A stretch of 12,490 bases of DNA from Candidatus Eiseniibacteriota bacterium (lineage in GTDB: Bacteria; Eisenbacteria; RBG-16-71-46): NCBI GenBank assembly GCA_031366795.1, contig JANLOX010000162.1:1-12490 (forward strand). Direction: 5' to 3'. Numbering within the stretch: position 1 is the first letter of the stretch; the number at the start of each line of letters is the position of its first letter. Below the pieces are notes generated by a model. It did no database searches. It had not been told where the DNA came from and saw only the letters and a program-made list of their open reading frames with translations. Made by a program: the position numbers and the translations under genes. Positions 1 through 7,251 of the stretch are shown piece by piece.

Positions 1-1413
1 TCGCTGCGTATCGACGACAAGGCGCGCACCATGACGGTCGACGGCAAGGTCGTGAAGGAAGGCGACTGGATCTCGCTCGATGGTTCGCTCGGCAAGGTGT
101 ACTTGGGTGCCGCCAAGACGACGGACGCCAAGGTGAGCGGCGAGTTCGCGACGTTCATGTCGTGGGCCGATGGCATGCGACGGTTGAAGGTCCGCTCGAA
201 CGCCGATGTCCCGCGTGACGCCAAGCAGGCGCGCGGCTTTGGCGCCGAGGGCATCGGGCTGTGCCGCACCGAGCACATGTTCTTCGCCGAGGACCGCCTG
301 GCGTGGGTCGTCCAGATGATCATGTCCGCACCGGAAGTGAAGATGCTGCGCGAGAAGCTCGCGCGGCTCGAAGGTGACCTCGAGGGTCTGGGGCCGAACA
401 GCGCGAAGGAGCTGAAGAAGGAAATCGCGGAGATGAAGGGGCGGCTCGCGGGGCCGGCGAAGTTGTATGCGCAGGCGCTGGCGAAGTTGCTGCCGCTGCA
501 GCGCGCCGACTTCAAGGGGTTGTTCGAGGCGATGGACGGCCATCCGGTGACCATCCGCACGCTCGATCCGCCGCTGCACGAGTTCCTGCCGAAGCGTGAA
601 GACCTGATGGTCGACATCGTGCGTCTGCAGCGCGCCACGCTCAAGCAGAAGAAGGAAATGGCCGCCAAGTACCGGCTGACGGTGGCGAAGCTCAAGAAGG
701 GTATGCCGGAGATCCTGCAGCGCGTCGAAGAGCTGCACGAGTTCAACCCGATGCTCGGGCACCGCGGCTGCCGTCTCGGCATCACCTATCCTGAGATCAC
801 CGAGATGCAGGCGCGCGCCATTTTCGAAGCCGCCGCCGCGTGCGCCAAGAAGGGCATCAAGGTGATCCCCGAGGTGATGATCCCGCTCGTCGGTCACGTC
901 AACGAGCTCAAGGACCAGGCCACCACGGTGCGCCGAATCGCCGAGGAAGTCCTGACCAAGGCGGGCGTAAAGGTCGAGTACCTGGTCGGCACCATGATCG
1001 AAGTGCCGCGCGCCGCGATCACTGCGGACCAGATCGCCGCCGAAGCTGAATTCTTCTCGTTTGGCACCAACGACCTGACCCAGCTGACGTTCGGCTACTC
1101 ACGCGACGATGCGGGCAAGTTCCTGCCCGAGTACGTCAACCGCAAGATCTTGGCCCAAGATCCATTCGTCTCGATCGACCAGGAAGGCGTGGGCGCGTTG
1201 GTCGAGTGGGCCGTCAAGCGCGGCCGCACGCAGCGCCCGAAGCTCAAGGTTGGCATCTGCGGCGAGCACGGTGGCGACCCGAGCAGCGTCGAGTTCTGCC
1301 ACCACGCCGACCTCGACTACGTCTCGTGCTCACCGTTCCGCGTGCCGATCGCGCGGTTGGCGGCGGCGCAGGCGGCGGTGAGGGGCAAGGCGCAGGGGAG
1401 CGACCAGCGGTAG
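1..1413 (+). CDS. ppdK: Pyruvate phosphate dikinase, C-terminal part (5'-truncated by the window)
   Basis: Frame is open from base 1 ([15 protein letters not shown]...) to TAG at 1411-1413. PPDK motifs present: [77 protein letters not shown], and GICGEHGG with the catalytic Cys. Confidence 0.98.
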   Translation, partial: SLRIDDKARTMTVDGKVVKEGDWISLDGSLGKVYLGAAKTTDAKVSGEFATFMSWADGMRRLKVRSNADVPRDAKQARGFGAEGIGLCRTEHMFFAEDRLAWVVQMIMSAPEVKMLREKLARLEGDLEGLGPNSAKELKKEIAEMKGRLAGPAKLYAQALAKLLPLQRADFKGLFEAMDGHPVTIRTLDPPLHEFLPKREDLMVDIVRLQRATLKQKKEMAAKYRLTVAKLKKGMPEILQRVEELHEFNPMLGHRGCRLGITYPEITEMQARAIFEAAAACAKKGIKVIPEVMIPLVGHVNELKDQATTVRRIAEEVLTKAGVKVEYLVGTMIEVPRAAITADQIAAEAEFFSFGTNDLTQLTFGYSRDDAGKFLPEYVNRKILAQDPFVSIDQEGVGALVEWAVKRGRTQRPKLKVGICGEHGGDPSSVEFCHHADLDYVSCSPFRVPIARLAAAQAAVRGKAQGSDQR

Positions 1414-1453
1414 AAGCGCTCCTACGGATCCTTGCACGGCAGCAGGCGCATCG

Positions 1454-1488
1454 CGAGGGCCTCCCGGCAGTCGGGGGGGGGGCCCTCG
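1454..1488 (+). terminator. GC-rich stem-loop downstream of ppdK, probable terminator
   Basis: CGAGGGCCTCCCG (1454-1466) can pair with C-G10-CCCTCG (1472-1488) around a GCAGT loop, about 40 nt after the ppdK stop. There is no U-tract. Confidence 0.55.
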
Positions 1489-1654
1489 GTGCATGCCGCT
1501 GGCTGCGCCGGCCGTCGCGCGATAGTGCCACCAATCCTGCGGACAGAGCCAGCCCAACCGGCCTCGCCCGTGTCCATGGCGATGACCTATTCTTGGATCC
1601 GTGACCATGACACGCTGACGAATTTCTACGAAGCCACCCTCCTCGCGATGGCGA

Positions 1655-2737
1655 GTGCTCTTGGGGCTCTTGTTCGCGGGCTCGCTTTTCTGGTGGCTGA
1701 CGTACCTTCATCGCTTGTCAGCCTCACCGTTGGCCGAGAGCCTCAACGCCGATGCGCGGGTGTATTGGGATTGGGCGGGTTGGCTCATGCACCGCTCACC
1801 GGTCGGGTCCCAGCCGTTCTTTCTCGGCCCCTTGTATCCCTACGTCCTCGCTCTCATGCGCGCAGTCACCGGCGACTCGATGCCTGCGGTGCTCGCCATC
1901 GAGGCGGTGTGGGGAGCCGCCACGGTGATCCTGTTGGCGGACACCGTCCGGCGCATCGCGGGGTGGCGGATCGGGATCATCATTGGCGTCCTGCTGGGCG
2001 CCAACGAAATGATGGTGTTCTTTGATGGACTGATTCTCTCCGAATCACTCCTGCTGTTCCTCGGCGCTCTGTTGGTGTGGTGGATCGCGTGGTTCGATTG
2101 GACCCAGCCGCCACGTTACGCCTTCGCCGGGATCGGATGTCTTGTTGGATTGCTCGCGGCTGGCCGAGCGACGGGCCTGCTGCTGATGGTTCCCTGCCTG
2201 CTTGGCATTCTGCCGCTGCGGTGGCCCCTCGGTCGCGCGTCATGGCTTGGGTCGCTCACGGCGCTCGCAGCTTGCGCGATCGTGATCCTGCCGATCGCCG
2301 TGCGGAACTATGTCGTGGGAGGGGAGTTGATCCCCATCACCTACAACGCGGGCTACAATCTCTACGTCGGCAACAATCCCGATGCGAACGGGGCATCCGT
2401 GTCCATCGTTGGCGTCACCAGCCTGAGCACGAGCGGCAGGATCCCGGAAGACGGAAGCGAAATCGATGGGCGCGACTACCTGCGGCGAACGGGCAACCTG
2501 AGCCTGTCGCCCCTCGCAAGCTCGCGGTACTGGTCGGACGCTGCCTGGCGATACATCGCCGCCCATCGGTTCGAAACCCTGCGCCTCATGCTCACCAAGC
2601 TGGGAATGCTCTGGAACCGTCGCGAATATTCCCAGATCGAACGCGTGCAGGAATATCGCGAGTGGGCTGGCCCCGTCGGGCTGTCATGGCTGGGTTCGTT
2701 TGCCTTGCTCGGGCTGCTTTCAATCGCGGGCGTGTAG
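1655..2737 (+). CDS. Largest intact fragment of the GT-C (ArnT/PMT-like) glycosyltransferase pseudogene
   Basis: Many TM helices; first-loop D (ADARVYWDWA), PFFLGPLYPY, ILSESL, GRAT, and RNY...NAGYNLYVGNNPDANG, typical of ArnT-like/TPR-fused GT-C proteins. Confidence 0.7.
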   Translation: MLLGLLFAGSLFWWLTYLHRLSASPLAESLNADARVYWDWAGWLMHRSPVGSQPFFLGPLYPYVLALMRAVTGDSMPAVLAIEAVWGAATVILLADTVRRIAGWRIGIIIGVLLGANEMMVFFDGLILSESLLLFLGALLVWWIAWFDWTQPPRYAFAGIGCLVGLLAAGRATGLLLMVPCLLGILPLRWPLGRASWLGSLTALAACAIVILPIAVRNYVVGGELIPITYNAGYNLYVGNNPDANGASVSIVGVTSLSTSGRIPEDGSEIDGRDYLRRTGNLSLSPLASSRYWSDAAWRYIAAHRFETLRLMLTKLGMLWNRREYSQIERVQEYREWAGPVGLSWLGSFALLGLLSIAGV

Positions 2738-3000
2738 TTCGCGGGACGGTATGGCCCGACGGGGAACGTTGTCCGGGGGATCGCGATCACACAGACGCTG
2801 GCGTTGCTGCCGTTCTTCGTCACCGACCGGTACCGCATCCATCTGGTGCCCGCGGTCGCGGTTCTCGCCGGGATCGCACTGGCTGAGTCTGTCAGGCAAT
2901 TCCGGCTGGGGCGCTATGTGCCCATCTCCCTCGCCCTCATTGGCGGGACGGCGATGGTCTTATTCCTTCCCCGCAAGCAGATCCGAGAGGTCTCGCGTGG

Positions 3001-3711
3001 GTCGGCACCGTCGATCGCGGCGAGCGCTTCCTGCAGTCCGGCCGTGTCGATCTGGCAGAGAGGGAATTCCAGCGAGCGACGACCGAAGCGAGTCACGGCA
3101 ACATCGATGTGGGGAGCAGGGTAGGAACCGAAGTAACCACCGCCCGGCTTCAGCAGGGACAGGCGGAGTGTTTGCGGCGGGCGGGGCACGACCGCGACGC
3201 GCTCTCGCTGCTGGTACGGACGGCAACCGCCTCGCCGACCTACGAGCCCGCCTTGCTGGCGCTCGCGGACGCATTCGCACGCGCTGGGCATGGACGCGCG
3301 TCTGATTCCGTGCTGACGCTACTGGAGGGATTCTCCAGCGGGCGAGGGCTCGCGTTTCAGTGCCGCGGCCTACGTGCCGCTCGCGAGGGACGCCTCGAGG
3401 AAGCCGAACGCCAATTCCTCGCCGCGACGAAGGAGTTCCCCGATTTGTGGGATGCCTGGAGTGACCTCGTGAAGATCGAACTCCAACTCGGTCACCGCGA
3501 GGACGCGGCAGTGTCGTTGGGGCAGGCCCAATTGGCGGGGATGCCGAAGGTCTCGCTCAGGGCGCACCAAGCGCTGCTCGCGGCCGTTAATGGAGACGCT
3601 GCACAGGCGCGCCGCGACCTTGAACAAGTGCCCGCGAGTGCGATAAAAGCGGATCCCCGGATCGCGGAAATCGTGAATGCCGCAAATGGGGTGCTCGCGG
3701 GGGCGCGATAG
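3001..3711 (+). CDS. TPR-repeat C-terminal fragment of the disrupted glycosyltransferase (the ORF track starts it at 3109)
   Basis: TPR-like helical repeats: RGERFLQSGRVDLAEREFQRA, QGQAECLRRAGHDRDALSLL..P, ALLALADAFARAG, RGLRAAREGRLEEAERQFLAA..P, AWSDLVKIELQLG. Frame 1 is open from 2887 to 3711. Confidence 0.65.
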   Translation, partial: VGTVDRGERFLQSGRVDLAEREFQRATTEASHGNIDVGSRVGTEVTTARLQQGQAECLRRAGHDRDALSLLVRTATASPTYEPALLALADAFARAGHGRASDSVLTLLEGFSSGRGLAFQCRGLRAAREGRLEEAERQFLAATKEFPDLWDAWSDLVKIELQLGHREDAAVSLGQAQLAGMPKVSLRAHQALLAAVNGDAAQARRDLEQVPASAIKADPRIAEIVNAANGVLAGAR

Positions 3712-3780
3712 CGGCCAAGGCTGGGGCCGAGGGTTCGATCGAACGGGACGCCTAGAGCGGTACGACGGCGCCCGGATCCA

Positions 3781-3831
3781 AGCATCTATTGACTAAGGAT
3801 GCTCAGTGGGCGACAATTACCCGAGGAGGAG
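3781..3831 (+). promoter_or_regulatory. Sigma70-type promoter of the TA operon with an overlapping inverted-repeat operator and RBS
   Basis: TTGACT (3789-3794), a 17-bp spacer, then GACAAT (3812-3817). AGCATC (3781-3786) and GATGCT (3798-3803) form an inverted repeat around the -35 box. SD GAGGAGGAG at 3823-3831 lies before ATG 3838. Confidence 0.7.
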
Positions 3832-3837
3832 CCCCCG

Positions 3838-4113
3838 ATGGTTAACTTGAACGTTTCGCTCACGGAAGCCCAGCGTGACTGGATCGAGGCTCAGGTGAAG
3901 GGTGGCCGCTATGGAAATCTCTCCGAGTACGTTCGGGATCTCATCCGCGCCGATCAGGCCAAGGCTGCCGATCGCCGTCTCGAGGAGCTGCTCCTCGAAG
4001 GACTCAACAGCGGGGAGCCAATTGAGGTCACCCCTGAGTTCTGGGAGCAGAAACGCCGGGACCTGGTGGCGCGAGTCGAAAAAGTGAGGAAGCAAAAGAA
4101 AAAGGCCTCGTGA
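3838..4113 (+). CDS. parD: Type II antitoxin, ParD family (ribbon-helix-helix, CC2985-like)
   Basis: MVNLNVSLTEAQRDWIEAQVKGGRYGNLSEYVRDLIRADQ matches the RHH ParD pattern, followed by LLLEGLNSG. A strong SD precedes ATG 3838; the upstream ATG 3799 lies inside the promoter. GTGA overlap with the toxin. Confidence 0.93.
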   Translation: MVNLNVSLTEAQRDWIEAQVKGGRYGNLSEYVRDLIRADQAKAADRRLEELLLEGLNSGEPIEVTPEFWEQKRRDLVARVEKVRKQKKKAS

Positions 4114-4424
4114 CCCAAAAGCTCGTCCTCAGGCCCCAAGCCGTCATTGATCTGGATGATCAGGCGCTCTACATCGCCTTGGACAGCGTCGAGGGCGGGC
4201 TGCGGTTCTATATCGCCGCGCACGCCGCCTACGCACGGCTGCTTGGCATGCCGGAGCTGGGCGCGCGGCGCAAGCTCGAAAACCCGGATCTCGCGGGACT
4301 TCGCATGTGGCCTATCCCCGACTTCCCCAATCATCTGATCTTCTACCGTCCGACTGACGCCGGCGTCGAGATCGTGCGCGTGCTGCATGGGTCGCGGGAT
4401 ATTCCAAAGATTCTAGAAAAGTAG
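4110..4424 (+). CDS. parE: Type II toxin, ParE/RelE family
   Basis: 104 aa: LRPQAVIDLDD..LYIA, MPELG, GLRMWPI..FPNHLIFYR, VEIVRVLHGSRDI. It lies directly downstream of the RHH antitoxin and overlaps it. Confidence 0.93.
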   Translation: MTQKLVLRPQAVIDLDDQALYIALDSVEGGLRFYIAAHAAYARLLGMPELGARRKLENPDLAGLRMWPIPDFPNHLIFYRPTDAGVEIVRVLHGSRDIPKILEK

Positions 4425-4524
4425 AGCGCCCGCAAGATCGTCACCACGAGATCAAACAGCGGATAGCAACATCGATGTCACCGTTGGCCCGGGCGACCAC
4501 GCATGCTCAGGCGATTCGGGGTGG

Positions 4525-6183
4525 TCAAAGCCCCCGCGCCGCAGCTCCCGCGATATCTGCGCGTGTAGCGATCGTCGCGCGCCCCCGCACGGCGCCGTTC
4601 ACTCCGCGGTTCGCGCGAGCCAGTGTCACTCGCGCCTGCTGCGTCCCTGGCGGCGCGAGCACCACATCGGGGCGTGGGCCGCGCAGGAGCGGTGCCTTGA
4701 GCTCACCCGCCACCTGAGTGCCGGGAGGAAGCACGAGTTCTGTCCACACGGGGACGGCGGTCCAGCGCCAATGCGCCCCCTCGTCGGTGCGTTCGAATGC
4801 GAGCGAAATCGTTCCCCAGCGCGTCGGTGCTCCATCGACGCGGGCGTTATGCCACCAGTGCGGCCGGGCACCTTCGGTCAGGCAGAGTCGCGGACCGCTG
4901 TCGTCGATGAGGCTGTTGCGTACCAGTTGGAGCAACGCGGCGGAGGAACGCAGGCTGGGCGGAGGCGGTGTCGCGAGATCTTCGGCGGGCGCGAACATGG
5001 TGTTGCCGGCGCCGCAGGCGTTGCGCCACCACAACAATTCGGTGAGTGCCGAGTCGGCTTCGGCGCGGCGGCCGGTACGCAGTGCGGAGAGTCCGGGCTC
5101 GCCGTCCTCCACGGCGCGCGCCATCGCGGCGCTGGCGGCGAATGTTGGTTGCAGCCAATCGAGTGTGCGGCCGCTGTTGCCGGCGGCTTCCACGTAGCCG
5201 TGCGCTTCGAGCGCAGAAAGTGCGCGCAGGTGATCGGTGGAATTGGCGCCGCGCCCCGCGAACGGTGCGCTCAGCGCCGACCAATGTCCTTCGCGCCGCT
5301 CGCGGCCCGACAGCAGCACAACACGCGCGGCGCGCACGGCGCCCTCGACCTCGGGATCGTCGAGCCGCAGCCGCGTGCCATGCGACAGTTCGAGCGTCCA
5401 CCAGTCGCGCGCCATGCGTGCGCGCGTCTCGTGCGGGACACGCGCCCAGTCGGCAAGCATGGAGCCAGCGACGGGGTGTGAAGTCACGACGAAGCGCACG
5501 GCACTGGATTGCCCAGGCTCAAGCGTTAACTCACGGTGGACCCGGCGTCCCTGCACTGGAGCATCGCTCCAACCGATCGCGCTGTCCGCATCTGCGTTCC
5601 ACCATCCGCACGCGGGCAGCCTCGCGGGTGCATCGGCGTCCGCAATCGCGCCATTCGCGCGAGCCCGCGCGAACGCCACGCCCAGCGTCGCCCGTGCGAC
5701 GCGTGCGCCATCGTTGTGGGCCGTCGCGCACACGCTGACGACGAGCGGCACATCCACATACTGGTCATCCTGAAAAGAAGGCATGTGGCCACGGGCCAAC
5801 GCGCCGCGCCACTCTGCGATCAAGCTCTGCGGAACAGGCAGCGCCACCGCCTCGAATTCCCAACGCACTCCGCCCGCATGTTCCGTCCAGTGCGCGACGG
5901 GCATCCAGCGGTCCTCGTAGGCGATGCGCCGGGGCGAGCTCGCGGGCTGTCCGTCGGCGCCGGCCGCGACATCGACACGCCACACGCCGTTGCCCAGATT
6001 GCCGTCCGAGTCGACGAAATAGGCGCGCGTGGCGCCTGGCCACAGGAGTGCGGCCGAAGGCGAGGCGAAGGCATCGGCGACGCTGTCGGGCTCCCACGCC
6101 TTAGGCGGGGGAGTCCCAGCCAGCGACGTCGGCCTGAGCGCCAGCAGGGCGATCAGCAGCAGGGCAAGGAGGGGATGGAGCAT
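4525..6183 (-). CDS. Secreted hypothetical protein resembling a degenerate six-hairpin glycoside hydrolase
   Basis: Hydrophobic signal peptide (LLALLLIALLAL). Beta-rich N-terminal domain ending LTLEPGQS..VRF, linker helix (ARDWW), RLRLDDPEVE, a helical region, and a C-terminal beta domain with APTRWGTISL, similar to the layout of GH65/GH78/GH95-type enzymes. The family call is inference. Confidence 0.7.
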   Translation of the reverse strand: MLHPLLALLLIALLALRPTSLAGTPPPKAWEPDSVADAFASPSAALLWPGATRAYFVDSDGNLGNGVWRVDVAAGADGQPASSPRRIAYEDRWMPVAHWTEHAGGVRWEFEAVALPVPQSLIAEWRGALARGHMPSFQDDQYVDVPLVVSVCATAHNDGARVARATLGVAFARARANGAIADADAPARLPACGWWNADADSAIGWSDAPVQGRRVHRELTLEPGQSSAVRFVVTSHPVAGSMLADWARVPHETRARMARDWWTLELSHGTRLRLDDPEVEGAVRAARVVLLSGRERREGHWSALSAPFAGRGANSTDHLRALSALEAHGYVEAAGNSGRTLDWLQPTFAASAAMARAVEDGEPGLSALRTGRRAEADSALTELLWWRNACGAGNTMFAPAEDLATPPPPSLRSSAALLQLVRNSLIDDSGPRLCLTEGARPHWWHNARVDGAPTRWGTISLAFERTDEGAHWRWTAVPVWTELVLPPGTQVAGELKAPLLRGPRPDVVLAPPGTQQARVTLARANRGVNGAVRGRATIATRADIAGAAARGL

Positions 6184-6279
6184 GCACTAAGCGTTATCGA
6201 CCGGATCGCCGGAATTCTGTGTCCCGATTCCGTGTGGCCCGCGCCTGTAAGCCATTGTCCGCGTTTGCCGGAGCGCCTC

Positions 6280-6333
6280 TGGACCCTCGAGCCGCAAGGG
6301 CTGTATCGTCACCCGTTCACGCACCGGGAGGGG
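6280..6333 (+). promoter_or_regulatory. Candidate sigma70 promoter and RBS for the phosphatidyltransferase operon
   Basis: TGGACC (6280-6285), an 18-bp spacer, then TATCGT (6304-6309). SD-like GGGAGGGG at 6326-6333 lies just before TTG 6337, in the divergent intergenic region. Confidence 0.35.
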
Positions 6334-6336
6334 ACC

Positions 6337-7251
6337 TTGTTCATCGAGGAGCATCTTCAAGAGCTGCGCCGCGACGGCTTCACGCCCGCGGCGTTCGCGC
6401 GTTACCTCCGGCGGGTCGCCCTCGTGCTTCGCGAAAACCTCGATGCCAACCCGGGCGGCGTGCGCGCCGTGTGGAGCGTGGCGCTCGCGTTCTTCGCGGC
6501 GGCGTTCATCGCCTGCGCCGCGGTCGCGCTCAAGATCGAACGCCCTCTCGCCTACGAACTGTTGCTGTGGACCTCGGTGTGGGTCCTGCTCGCGTTCACG
6601 GCGGTCACCGCGGGGATCTCGCTGCTGCGTGACAAGCAGGGCTATCGCCTCGCCTCGCTCAACGCGCCGTTGGTGCTGACACTCGCGCGCATTGTGCTGG
6701 TGCCCGGCATCGCGCTGCTGTTGATGGACCACCACTACGCGCTGGCGCTTGGGGTCTACGTGTTCGCCTCGCTCACCGATGTCGCCGACGGCTGGATCGC
6801 GCGGCGCTGGAACCAGGTCACCGAACTCGGCACGGTACTCGATCCGCTGGTCGACATCGTGTTCAATTTCGCGCTGTTCGCGGGGCTCGTGCTCGCGGGG
6901 TTGCTGCCGGCGTGGGTGTTCGTGGCTGCCGCACTGCGTTGCGCCATTCTGGTTCTCGGCGGCGCTTACCTCTACATCTTCGTGGGGCCGGTGAAAATTC
7001 ACCCCACTACGCTCGGGCGCTTGATGGGGGTGGTGACCGCGGCGCTCGTCGGGCTGCTCGCGGTGCTTCATCTGTCGGGCGGCCATCTCGCCGAACGGTT
7101 GTTGCCGCTGACGGCGAGCGCCCTCGGCGTGCTGCTGTCGGGCGGCGTGCTGCATGTGCTTGCGCTCGGCTGGTACAACCTGCGCAAGCTGCGCGGCACC
7201 TTGAACGAGCAGGGCCGCGTCGTCGGCGATGTGCGCTGGGGCAAGCAGTGA
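6337..7251 (+). CDS. CDP-alcohol phosphatidyltransferase family protein (PgsA / CMP-forming cardiolipin synthase-like) with an N-terminal extension
   Basis: Signature DxxDGxxARx8GxxxDxxxD is present as DVADGWIARRWNQVTELGTVLDPLVD (6778-6855), preceded by LTLARI. Multiple TM helices. TTG start at 6337 with SD; the ORF-track start at 5536 overlaps the opposite-strand gene. Confidence 0.9.
   Translation: MFIEEHLQELRRDGFTPAAFARYLRRVALVLRENLDANPGGVRAVWSVALAFFAAAFIACAAVALKIERPLAYELLLWTSVWVLLAFTAVTAGISLLRDKQGYRLASLNAPLVLTLARIVLVPGIALLLMDHHYALALGVYVFASLTDVADGWIARRWNQVTELGTVLDPLVDIVFNFALFAGLVLAGLLPAWVFVAAALRCAILVLGGAYLYIFVGPVKIHPTTLGRLMGVVTAALVGLLAVLHLSGGHLAERLLPLTASALGVLLSGGVLHVLALGWYNLRKLRGTLNEQGRVVGDVRWGKQ

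Larger units (their letters stand above)
1607..3711 (+). pseudogene. Disrupted ArnT/PMT-like (GT-C fold) membrane glycosyltransferase with C-terminal TPR repeats
   Basis: Frame 2 reads ATG1607 MTR*RISTKPPSSRWRVLLGLL (TGA at 1616-1618), continues through the multi-TM GT-C domain to TAG at 2735-2737, and carries on in the same frame (FAGRYG...LLPFFVTDRYRIHLVP). It then shifts to frame 1 near 2960-2995 (GLAWVGTVDRGERFLQSGRVDLAEREFQRA) and runs through TPR-like repeats to TAG at 3709-3711. Confidence 0.8.

Noticed and set aside
1515..1531. Reverse-strand TGGCAC as a sigma54 promoter
   Set aside because: The GG-to-GC spacing is off by one, and no credible reverse-strand gene lies downstream.
1616..2737. 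Stop-codon reassignment, or Sec/Pyl read-through, of the in-frame TGA and TAG
   Set aside because: TAG ends ppdK and parE, and TGA ends most other genes at their natural C-termini. The same gene also has a frameshift, so decay or sequence error is more parsimonious.
3729..3745. GAGGGTTCGATC resembling a tRNA T-loop or attR remnant
   Set aside because: There is no complementary T-stem, acceptor stem or CCA.
3799..3837. Longer antitoxin start at ATG 3799
   Set aside because: It lies between the -35 and -10 boxes, and the SD supports ATG 3838.
4078..4113. Basic C-terminal tail of the antitoxin (EKVRKQKKKAS)
   Set aside because: Short Lys-rich tails are unremarkable, and nothing in the sequence points to a special function.
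3098..4478. 13-bp exact repeat GCAACATCGATGT at 3098-3110 and 4466-4478, as a possible att site or target duplication
   Set aside because: About one 13-mer match is expected by chance in 12.5 kb, and one copy lies inside continuous TPR coding sequence.
4425..4524. Integron attC site after the TA module
   Set aside because: No properly complementary RYYYAAC/GTTRRRY boxes, and no integrase in the window.
6248..6260. TAAGCCATTGTCC as an IHF-like site
   Set aside because: Only a partial match to YAA-N4-TTGATW.
5536..6336. N-terminal 267 aa of the 571-aa ORF in the track
   Set aside because: It is a shadow frame overlapping the reverse-strand gene, with Arg/Pro-rich non-protein-like composition. 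TTG 6337 with an SD is the better start.
6912..7247. N-terminal extension of the DUF4388 ORF
   Set aside because: It overlaps the phosphatidyltransferase out of frame; the real start is most likely GTG 7248 or 7257.
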